Of a stretch of 64,000 nucleotides of DNA, positions 1 to 11,180 are shown one piece after another. A program made the translations under genes and the position numbers. The notes under the pieces were generated by a model. That model saw nothing but the letters and a program-made list of their open reading frames with translations. It ran no database searches and was not told the origin of the DNA. This stretch comes from Azolla caroliniana (Eukaryota; Plantae; Polypodiophyta): the NCBI GenBank assembly GCA_043228905.1, contig JBHGNT010000001.1, positions 22,010,001-22,074,000 of the forward strand. Direction: 5' to 3'. Numbering within the stretch: position 1 is the first letter of the stretch; the number at the start of each line of letters is the position of its first letter.

Positions 1-118
1 TCTCTCTCTCTCTGTCTCTCCCTCTTCATCTCCATCTCTGTGTTTTCTATGTTTTACCGAACTGTCTTATTCCTCCGAACTGTGTACTATGTGTTTACGC
101 ACACGCTTCTGCACAACG
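1..118 (+). mobile_element. Probable 3' end (U5) of an LTR inserted into the chromovirus pol
   Basis: CT-rich tract ending ...CTTCTGCACAACG (near-CA terminus); pol-like coding resumes right after. Confidence 0.35.
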
Positions 119-1635
119 TATTCTTTTACAACTATACGTGAGGACTTGAAGACCGATGCTTTCGCCCAAGCCATTCTAGCACAAATTGATCCCTCTCGAG
201 CATCTTGTTCACAGTCTCAACCACCAGGTACGGACTATCGGCAATTCAAATACCATGATGGAGTACTATTCTTTAATGAACTCTTGTATGTTCCTAATGG
301 TTCTTGCCGCCTTTGAGTAGTCCAACACTATCATGACACATATACAGTTGGGCATTTTGGTAGTACTAAAACATTAGATTTAGTACAGTGATCATTCTGG
401 TGGCCCCGTATGTGACAATTTGTCGAAGATTTTGTTCGAACTTGTGATACATGTTGCAGAGCGAAAATGCCAAGGTATCATCCATATGGTTTATTAGAAC
501 CATTACCAATTCCAAGCCGTGGCAATCGATTGCTCTAGACTTCATCACAGATCTTCCAGTCTCTAAGGGGTTCAATGCGATTCTAACAGTCGTAGATCGA
601 TATACGAAGATGGCTCATTTCTTGCCATGTACTAAGGAAATCTCCAGTGAAGAAACCGTTGAAATTGTCATGCGTGAAGTATGTCGGCATCATGGCCTTC
701 TCGATAGTATCATCAGCGATCGTGGAGCCCAGTTCGTATCGAAATTTTGGAAGCACCTTTTTTAAATGCTCAAGGTCACTTGTAACCTCTCCTCCGACTA
801 CCACCCACAAACCGATGGCCAAACAGAACGAACAAATCAAACGTTGGATCAGTATCTTCGGTGCTTTCTAAGCTATCATCAGGATGACTGGGCAGATATT
901 CTCCACTTCGTCGAATTTGTCTATAATAACTCTGTCCACGCATCGACTAAAGTTACGCCATTTTATGCTTATACAGGTTGTCACCCCCGGTGGTGTGTAT
1001 TTGAAACCCTAGAGTTGTCCACAAATCGTTGCGCAGAGGATCGTTTAGAGCGGTTACACAAGATACAAGCCGATTTATCTACTCATCTCCAACAAGCTCA
1101 ACAAACACATAAGGTTTACGTGGATCGTCATCGACTTCCATCCAGTTTTAACATTGGAGACCGGGTATGGCTACTATGACGACACATCAAGACTACTCGC
1201 CCATGCGAGAAGTTGGATTATCAGCGATTAGGTCCTTTCCGTATTATAGGAAAGATTAAGGATGTCGCTTTTCGTCTCGATCTACCTCCACAACTTTGGA
1301 TACATCCGGTGTTTCATAGTTCTCTCCTCGAACCCTATCAAGAGAGCACCATCCTAGGACGTATTACACGGTCTCCACCCCCAATCGAGCTTGAAGATGG
1401 ACTTGAGTACGAGGTTGCCGCCATGCTTGATTCCAAGATTGTTCGCAACAAGCTCTACTATCTAGTCGATTGGCTAGGATATACTCCCAACGAGCGTACT
1501 TGGGAACCGATAGAGCATGTGACCAATGCTCGTGCTCTTCTTGAAGACTTCAATCGTCAATATCCAGACAAACCGGGTCCTCAATCCAAAAGGACTCGTG
1601 ACACTCGTCATTTTAAAAGGAGGATAGTGTCATGA
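119..1635 (+). pseudogene. pol: Integrase (Zn finger, DDE core, GPF region) plus chromodomain, disrupted
   Basis: [70 protein letters not shown]. Confidence 0.9.
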
Positions 1636-1933
1636 TATGACAAGACTCAAACCCATGACTTTATGCTACATGGGTCGAGCTCTTGACCATTAGAACATAC
1701 ATTGTAATATGTAGAATATTATTTTCATTTATATTTTATTATAGAAAATTGATGTATATTCTAGATTTCTCTGGAACATTCTAGAAACTTCAGGAGTACT
1801 CCTGAGAACACTATAAAAGGAGGCACAAGGAATTATTTCGAACCAAATCGGTTCAATGTCAGTCTTAAGCCTCCTACTACTATTGTATACTCTCTTCACA
1901 TAATATATATCATTTATCATCATTCTCTCTCAC

Positions 1934-1976
<43 letters not shown>

Positions 1977-2072
1977 AACTCTTTCCTTCTCTCGAGAGTT
2001 CTACATCTCTCTTAGTACTAATCCTAATCTTTTAGTACTAATTCCTTCTCTATCTTAGTACTGATCATGACA
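1628..2072 (+). repeat. 3' LTR of chromovirus copy 1
   Basis: 9-bp terminal inverted repeat TGTCATGAT...ATCATGACA after the PPT; TATAAAA at ~1812; (CT)n tract. Confidence 0.9.
1774..1791. promoter_or_regulatory. Heat-shock element, 4 units
   Basis: GAAcaTTCtaGAAacTTC about 20 nt upstream of the LTR TATA box. Confidence 0.65.
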
Positions 2073-5000
2073 CATACAACAGATCCACTTCTCCATCAAT
2101 CACTTTTTCTCTAACAAAGTGATAATGCACTTCAATGTGCTTTGTTCTTGAATGGAACACTAGGTTTTTTGCCAACTGAATGTTGTTCATATTGTCACAC
2201 CAAATTGTGACTGCACCATCTATATACTCTCCCAAATTAGAAAGCAATCTTCTGATCCATACCTCTTCACAGGTGGCTATTGCAGCTCCTCTATATTCAA
2301 CTTTAGTACTTGATAGTGCAACAATAGCTTGTTTCTTGCTACTCCATGAAATAACTACACATCCCAATGTAAAAATATATCCACTTGTGGATCTTCTATC
2401 AGTTTGGCTTCCAACCCAATCAACATCTGTATATCCTTCCAGCTTTATGTCCAGATCAGCCCTGTAAAATAGTCCATAGTTATGAGTAGCTTTTACATAC
2501 CTCAAGATTCTTCTAATGTAGTCCAAATGTGGCTTTATTGGCTGTTGCATAAACTGGCTAACTAATCCAACAACATAACTCAAATTAGGTCTTGTTATGG
2601 TCAAATATATGAGGCAACCCACCATAGACCTGTACATGTTTACATCTTCTATTTTGGCTCCCAAATCAGCCGTCAATTTGTAGTTCTTATCCAATGGTAC
2701 ACCAATAGGTTTGTATCCAAGCATACCATACTTCTTCAACATAGTTGTTATATACTATTTTTGCAACATATATATACCACTTTCAAATCTAATCATCTCA
2801 ATGCCAAGAAAGTATCTCAGCTCTCCCAAATCCTTCATATGAAATTGCATTTCAAATTATTTTTTCAGCTTGCTTATTTAATCCATGGAATCATCGCCAA
2901 TGATTAAATCATCAACATAAATCAAAATAACAACAATTCAATCATTTATCCTTTTTACATACAATGATGGATCAACCTTTGACATTTTAAAAGCAATTGT
3001 TTTCAAAGATTCTGAAAGTTCTTTATGCCATACCCTTGGTGCTTGTTTCAATCCATAGAGAGCCTTTTTCAGCCTACATACATATTCTGTATGCTTCTTA
3101 TCTTCAAAACCTGGTGGTTGACACATATACACTTCTTCTTCTAAGTTACCATGTAAAAAGGCATTTTTTACATCCATATGGTGCTGAACCCATCTTTTGG
3201 ATGCACTCACAACAGGTAGTGTTCTTAATGTTGCCATCTTTGCAACCAATGCAAATGTTTCATCATAATCAATTCTTGCATCTAGGCATATCCCTTTGAA
3301 ACAAGTCTTGCTTTATGTCTACTAACATTTCCATTTGAATCATGCTTTGTTTTGTAGACCCATTTGCAACCTACACCATTTTTTTGTTTCGGTAACTTCA
3401 CCAAATCCCATGTTTTGTTTTCAGCCAATACATCTATTTCTTCTTGTATTGCATTCACCCATTTCTTATCACATTTTGCTTCATCAAAACTATTTGGATC
3501 AAGGATTTGTACCACTTTAGACATGTATGCATAATGCATAGCCATATATGTGTCATAACCAAATCTTTCAACAGTCTTTTTCTCTCTATCTGATCTTCTC
3601 AGTTTCTGATTTGCATCCGTCATTGCTTTTTCCATACCAGGAATTTTCAAGGATCGTATACCAAGCTCATCATCCAATGATGTATCTAAATCTACATCTT
3701 CCATGTTTCTAGATCCATCATCAAGCATTTCATATTCTGGCATCTTTTGTTATCCCTTTTTATCGTCATTTTTTTGTCTTGCATTTTTTCCACTCTATGC
3801 ATTAGATTCAGATTTACTACCTAAGCTTCCATATGGTCGAGTACATTCCATTGATGTGGAACTTTGTTGTCCAACATTGTTTCCATCTCCATGGCAATCT
3901 CTTCCCTTTTCAGATTTTTCTGTGTCTTCATTTTCACAGTCTTCATCAGTTTATACATTTCCTTTTGGGCTGTATCAACTGCCTAACTCATCAAATATTA
4001 CATCACGGCTTACCACAATCTTTTTTGTTAATGGGTTATAGCATCTATACCCTTTTTTCTCCTCTGAGTATCCAACAAGAACACATTTTTCAGCTTGTGG
4101 ATCAAGCTTCCTTCTCACTTCAGCGGGTACATTAACATATGGAAGGCATCCAAACACTTTTAAGTGTCCTAAACTCGGCTTTCTGCCATAGAAACATTCT
4201 TCAGGTGTTACTTCATGTACTTCAGATGTTATACATCTATTTAGGATATAGTTTGCTGTGTTTATAGCTTCTGCCCAATAATACAATGGCATATTTTTTT
4301 CTGTCATTAAAGCTCTTGCTACGTTCACCAAAGTTCTGTTTTTCCTCTCAGCAACTCCATTTTCTTGTGGAGTATATCTATGTGTAAACTGTCTCCTTAT
4401 TCCTTGATTGCATAGAAAATCAGAAAATTCATTTGAGAAGTACTCTCCTCCTCCATCAGATCTTAAGCATTTTATTCTAGCACCAGCCTGTTTTTCCACC
4501 ATACATTTAAACTTACGAAAGCAATCAAATACTTCACTTTTTTGTTTCATGAAGTAAACCCATGTTTTCCTTGAGAACTCATCAATAAATGTTACATAAA
4601 ACTTACATCCACTAATTGATGCAATTTTTGTTGGTCCCCATACATCTGTATGTACCAAATCCAACAAATTTTTGCTTACATGTCTTTCATGAGGGAAAGG
4701 TAACCTGTTTTGCTTTCCATATTGGCATGCTGCACATATTTTGCTCATCTCACAATCTTTCAACTTAGGCAATCGAGCCACTGCATTTTTCCTCAACATA
4801 TTTTTCAAGGTTTGCATACTTATGTGACCAATTCTTTTATGCCACATTTCCACATCTGAGATTACACTCATTCCTTCTGCAAACATGGTTGTAATCTTTT
4901 TAGGCATATCCACATCTAACACAAACATCCTTCCTTGTCGTTTTCCTTTTGCAATAAGCTTTCCTTGTTTCTCTATAAAGCATCCACTTTGCTTAAACTT

Positions 5001-5423
5001 AACTTGCATTCCTTGCTCCACTATCTGTCCAACAGAAATAAGATTTTTTGCAAGGTTTGGAACATGCATCACATTTAGCATATACTTTTTTTTTCCTTTT
5101 TCTTCCGACAATGGGATATCTCCAACATGCTCTATTTGGTGAGTAGTATTATCACATGTTTGTACATAACCAGGAATCTCTAGTTCTCATAGACTTTCAA
5201 ACCAGTTTGCATGTCCTGTCATATGATTAGATGCCCCAGAATCTACATACCACATAAACTCTTCATTGCATCTCTGTGAACATTCAGCCATTGCCGTTGT
5301 TTCATGTTGCACCACAAATGCACCATCTTTATCACAGTCTTCACTAGTTGAGGCATAATTATTTTGCTATCTCCTCCCTCTTTTTTCATCATTTTGCTTT
5401 TTATAGCATTCAGTGAACCAAAT
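2073..5423 (-). pseudogene. pol: Ty1/copia element A pol (PR-INT-RT-RNase H), decayed
   Basis: DSGASNH at ~5240; WHKRIGH/CAACQYGK; VHTDVWGP; RSDGGGEY; [10 protein letters not shown]; YTDVDW; RTKHIEVHYHF. Confidence 0.93.
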
Positions 5424-5757
5424 TGTGAAAGATTGCTTGCGGAAGCGTTAGAAAGAACAGTACAGAGAGAAAGAGAGAGAGTACGCGGGAGAGACACAAA
5501 GAGAGAGAGAGAGAGAGAGCACACTATTTTTTCAAAATTATATGAATACTCTATACTCTGTATATTCTGTATCTACAACGCGTTCATCAGCGCTATTTAT
5601 ACAAGTCCACACGGGACTGTTAGAAGTACGGTGTACTTCAATGCTCACACGAGCGTCTGACACTAACTACGAGACTATAACTGCCTAGTAGTCTAACCTA
5701 TACTAGGCTTCCAGTTACGGATTGGATTCGGCATACCGGCTCCCCAGCTCACCGGTC

Positions 5758-8700
5758 TGTTGGGATTACGGTCCCTTCGGATGGGATGGTCAGATGTCGG
5801 AGATGAATGTCGACAAGCCCGGTTTCGGTTTCGGAACCGGATGATGGAGACCCCGGCTTCGGAGCTGGATGACGAATGTACCCGGAGAGAGATCCGGATG
5901 CGGGGACATATCCGTGAATATGTTTGCTAAGGGCCCTTGAGGCTATAGTTGTAAATAGCCCCAAAGTCATATGTGTATAAATATGACTTAGGGCAAACAA
6001 TTTAATGTTGCTTCTTATTTTTCTGTTTTCCCACTCAAGAGAAGTGAAGAGAGAGCAGCCGTGAGAGAGATAGAGCGTGAGAGAGGAAGAGGTCGACGCC
6101 TCTGTGTATTTCCGCCGCCTGTGGCGAGGACAGCGAGCTCAAGGTCGTCGCCTTGCAGCTCGCCATTGTATATTTCTCTGTGCATAGTTTTGGTTTGGAG
6201 TCTTGTACTCCCGTGGTTTTTCCCGTCTAGGGTTTTCCACGTTAATCCCTGTGTATTCATTGTTCTTTCTCTGTGGTTCCTATTTTCTGCTGCATTGATT
6301 TGTGCTTACTCGGTTGTGGCCGAGTGGTGAAGGTTAATCGGAGCGTCGATTTCACAACAAACTGGTATCAGAGCGAGTTGCTGCAGAAAATGGAAGGCGG
6401 CGGCAGCGGGCAGCCGGGGATGATGGTGCTGAATGCGCAGAATTACGCCGACTGGAAGATCAAGATGGAGGATTTTCTGATTGTTCGGGACCTGTACGAA
6501 CCGATTGACAGGTCGGAAATACCGAAGGGGGTACTTGAGTCGGAATGGAGGCTTCTGAACCGGAAAGCCGTTGCAACCATTCGGCAATACGTAGACGTGA
6601 GCGTTCTACAACACGTGGCGAACGACACCAACGCATATGAGATGTGGCGGAAGTTGTCGGGCCTCTATGAGAGGAAGAATGCGTTGAACCGGACCTCCCT
6701 GATGAGGAAGATAGTGAACCTCAAGTATCGGGACAGCGAGAGTATGGTGGAACACGTAAGCACGTTCATGGGATTCGTGAACCAGCTTGCGGCGATCAAG
6801 TTCCCGCTGGAGGATGCAATGCAAGCCATCATTCTGATGTGTACATTGCCGGAAAGCTGGGAGAACTTGGTGGTGACTCTCAGCACCTCCTGCACCGAAG
6901 ATAACTTGTCCCTACAAACGGTAAAGACAAGTATTTTGAACGAAGAAGCGCGTCGGAGAGATAAAGAACCGGCCTCCGACTCGAAGGCGCTGCTTACCGA
7001 ATCGGAACGGGGAAGACAATGGAACCGGAGTCCGCAAAGACGGGAGAAGTCGGGGACCCGGTCGCAGTCAAGAGGAAGACCCACATGCTTCCACTGTGGG
7101 AAGCCGGGGCACTTCCGGAAGAATTGTCGGCATTACCGAAAAGACAACGGAGCCGACGACACCGATTCGAAGAAGTCTTCGGAACGGAACGGTGCTTACC
7201 GGGGAGCCACGGACCGGAATGGTTCGGATCGGCGAGGGCAGGACCGGAAAGGAACGACGGCACTCGCGGCAAGTGAAGAGGAGATCATGCTCATCACCGA
7301 AGAAGGTGAACTAAACATTGCTGGCGATGAGACTACCTGGGTGGTCGATTCCGGAGCGTCGTTCCACCTGACCCCAGAAAGAAGATACTTCTCATCCTAC
7401 ACAGCTGGTGAGCTTGGCTGTGTTCGGATGGGAAATGAAGGTACGTGCTGGATTGCCGGCATAGGAGACGTGTGGTTGACAACCCCGACCGGATGCAAAA
7501 TGCTGCTGAAGGATGTCCGACATGTTCCGGAGGTTCGATTGAACCTGATTTCGGCCGGGAGGCTAGACGATGAAGGCTACACAGGTAGCATCCGGAACGG
7601 CGTAATGAAGTTCAGCAAGGGGAGCCTGATAGTAGCTCGGGCCCGGAAAGTCAACACACTGTACCTGATCAATGCCCGGTTATGTCCGGAAGAGCTGAAT
7701 GTGGCAGCCGACACTGCCGGTGAGCTGTGGCACAAAAGACTGTGCCACATGAGTGAGAAGGGGATGAAGAGGCTTGCAGAAGACAACCTTATTCCAGTGA
7801 AACATGTGCACCTGGAGAAGTGCACCGATTGCCTGGCCGGTAAGCAGAACCGAACCTCCTTCCACTCAAGGCCACCGACGAGATGTAGTGTACCATTGGA
7901 GTTGGTACACACTGATGTGTGTCAGGTAGAAACGAAGTCACATGGCGGAGCCCAGTACTTCATGACATTCATTGATGATCACAGCCGGAAGCTGTGGTCG
8001 GCACCGTTGAAGACAAAGGACCAAGTGTTGTCCGTCTTCAAAGAACTCCACGCGAGAGTGGAAAGAGAATCCGGCAAGAAGCTGAAAGCGATACGAGCGG
8101 ATAACGGAGGGGAATACCGGGGGCAGTTCCAGGAGTACTGTCGCTCGAAGGGAATCCGGCTCGAGTTTACTGTGCCGAAGACGCCGGAACTGAACAGGCT
8201 GGCCGAGAGGATGAACCGGACCATAATGGAGAGGGTCCGGAGTATGCTAGCACATGCGAAATTACCCAAGGGATTTTGGGCTGAGGCAATGTCGACGGCG
8301 ACGTATGTGATAAATAGATCACCCTCAGTACCTTTGGACGGAGACACGCCGCAGAAAGTGTGGACCGGTAAGGAAGTGTCCTACCGGCATCTGAAGGTGT
8401 TCGGGTGTCTCGCATACGTGCATGTCGCAAAGGACCGGAGAGGAAAGCTAGATCCAAAGACCCGGCCATGCATATTCCTCGGATACGGCGACGACGAGTT
8501 CGGCTACCGAGTATGGGACCCGGTCGACAAGAAGATATTCAGGAGTCGAGATATCGTCTTCATGGAGAACAAGACACTCGCCGACTGGGAGTCGGAGAAG
8601 AAGATGAAGAGCTCCAAGTCGACCGGTGAGGATCAACTCTACGAGGAGCAGTCCCGACCGGCAAGGGACCGGTTAGCACTCGAGGATCCGGCCGAAGACG

Positions 8701-11076
8701 GTGAAGAAACAGAACCGGCCGAAGAAGATGAAAATGATACCGGAACCGGCCCCGATCCCGAAATGGATTCGGATGAAGAAGAATCGGAAGAACCGGTTAC
8801 CGAAGCTCCGGAACGGAGATATCCTCTAAGAGAGAGAAGGGCCCCCCGGAGATTTCCGGAACCAGAGCACGTGCTGCTAACCGACGAGGGGGAGCCGGAG
8901 AGCTTTGAAGAAGCAAAGCATGACACCCAGAGCCGCAGGTGGTTGAGTGCCATGCAGGACAAGATGGATTCCCTGCATGAGAACCACACATATGAACTTG
9001 TGGAGTTGCCGAAAGGAAAGCGGGCACTTCGAAACAAGTGGGTGTTCAAGCTGAAACCGGGAGATACCGGAAACCCCCCGAGATACAAAGCCAGGATCGT
9101 GGTGAAGGGGTTTCAGCAGAAGAAGGGCGTCGACTTCGACGAGATATTTGCCCCGGTAGTGAAGATGACCTCCATCCGGACGGTGCTGAGCATAGCGGCA
9201 AGCATGGACCTCTAGGTAGAACAGATGGACGTGAAGACGGCATTCCTTCACGGTGACCTCGAAGAAGAGATCTACATGCAGCAACCGGAAGGATTCGAGA
9301 AGAAAGGGAAGGAGCACCTGGTATGCCGGTTGAAGAAGAGCCTTTACGGTCTAAAGCAGGCTCCCCGGCAATGGTACCGAAAGTTCGACTCCTTCATGAC
9401 CGACGAAGGGTACCTCAAAACGCAGTCCGACCACTGCGTGTTTGTGAAGAAGTTCGAAGGAGGAGACTTTCTAATACTCCTCCTGTACGTGGACGACATG
9501 TTGATCGTCGGACGAGACCAGGTCAAGATACGGATGCTGAAGAAGGCTCTTCACCGAACCTTCTCAATGAAGGACCTGGGTCCAGCGAGGCAAATACTAG
9601 GGATGCACATCATCCGGGACCGGAAGAAGAAGCAGTTATGGCTGTCACAGGAGAAGTACGTGACAAAGGTGCTTCACCGGTTCAACATGTCGGAAGCAAG
9701 ACCGGTCGGGTCAACACTCCCGGCAAACTGCAAGCTGTCCAGCAAGCAGAGCCCCAAGACGAAGGCTGAGAAGGAGGACATGATGAAAGTACCATATGCC
9801 TCTGCCGTCGGGAGCTTGATGTACGCAATGGTGTGTACCCGACCGGACATCGGATATGCAGTCGGAGTGGTGAGCCGGTACATGAGCAATCCCGGCAAAG
9901 AGCATTGGAACGCGGCCAAGTGGATACTCCGGTACCTGAAGGGCACGGCAAACGTGTGCCTCCGATTCGGCTCCGGTAAGCCCGAACTCGACGGCTTCAC
10001 CGATTCGGATATGTCGGCTGATGCAGATACCAGCCGGTCCACATCAGGGTATGTGATGACGTATGCAGGGGGGGCTGTTTCGTGGCAGTCGAGGCTGCAG
10101 AAGACGGTTGCGTTGTCAACCACGGAGGCGGAGTACATGGCGGCTGTTGAAGCCGGCAAGGAAATAATATGGATGAAGGACTTCATTAGAGAGCTCGGTA
10201 TCCAGTAGGAGGAGTACCGACTCTACTGTGACAGTCAGAGTGCCATCCACCTTGCGAAGAACGCGGCCTATCACTCCCGGACGAAGCACATCCAGCGAAG
10301 ATATCACTGGATCCGGGAAAGAATAGAAGACAAGGAGTTCGTGCTGACGAAGGTCCACACGGACGAGAACGGGTCGGATATGCTGACCAAGGTGCTCACA
10401 CCCGACAAGCTGGAAGCATGCCGGAAGAGGATCGGATTGGAAAGACATCCCATGCCGAAGTGAAGGGGGAGTTTGTTGGGATTACGGTCCCTTCGGATGG
10501 GATGGTCGGATGTCGGAGATGAATGTCGACAAGCCCGGTTTCGGTTTCGGAACCGGATGATGGAGACCCCGGCTTCGGAGCCGGATGACGAATGTACCCG
10601 GAGAGAGATCCGGATGCGGGGACATATCCGTGAATATGTTTGCTAAGGGCCCTTGAGGCTATAGTTGTAAATAGCCCCAAAGTCATATGTGTATAAATAT
10701 GACTTAGGGCAAACAGTTTTAATGTTGCTTCTTATTTTTCTGTTTTTCCACTCAAGAGAAGTGAAGAGAGAGCAGCCGTGAGAGAGATAGAGCGTGAGAG
10801 AGGAAGAGGTCGACGCCTCTGTGTATTTCCGCCGCCTGTGGCGAGGACAGCGAGCTCAAGGTCGTCGCCTTGCAGCTCGCCATTGTATATTTCTCTGTGC
10901 ATAGTTTTGGTTTGGAGTCTTGTACTCCCGTGGTTTTTCCCGTCTAGGGTTTTCCACGTTAATCCCTGTGTATTCATTGTTCTTTCTCTGTGGTTCCTAT
11001 TTTCTGCTGCATTGATTCGTGCTTACTCGGTTGTGGCCGAGTGGTGAAGGTTAATCGGAGCGTCGATTTCACAACA
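5758..11076 (+). mobile_element. Ty1/copia Tnt1/Tto1-like (Tork/TAR) element, full-length and young, inserted in the B1 3' LTR
   Basis: TSD CGGTC (5753-5757, 11077-11081); LTRs 5758-6359 and 10474-11076 differ at about 6 positions; tRNA-iMet PBS TGGTATCAGAGC 6363-6374; PPT GAAGGGGGAG. Confidence 0.97.
6390..10463 (+). pseudogene. gag-pol: Gag-Pol polyprotein (1357 codons) with two in-frame TAG stops and no frameshift
   Basis: CFHCGKPGHFRKNC knuckle, VDSGAS, HHCC, VHTD/ADNGGEY, YVDD, FTDSD; stops at 9213 and 10206. Confidence 0.95.
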
Positions 11077-11180
11077 CGGTCCTTACTGCTTACCGGCTCA
11101 GTTGCTCACCGGCATACCGATTCATCTCACTTACCGGCTCAAGCTTATTCAGCTGATCCGGCTCCGGTTGAGCTTGCCGC

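Larger units (their letters stand above)
119..2072 (+). mobile_element. Ty3/gypsy chromovirus (Tcn1-like) copy 1, 3' part; inserted in RNase H of copia A
   Basis: Integrase and chromodomain fragments, PPT AAAAGGAGGATAG, 3' LTR 1628-2072; copia RNase H is cut at 2073. Confidence 0.9.

Noticed and set aside
6273-6389. N-terminal extension of the 980-aa ORF
   Set aside because: Lies in the LTR/PBS; the plausible start is the ATG at 6390
6306-10448. Many antisense and overlapping ORFs over Tork pol
   Set aside because: Shadows of GC-rich coding sequence with no motifs
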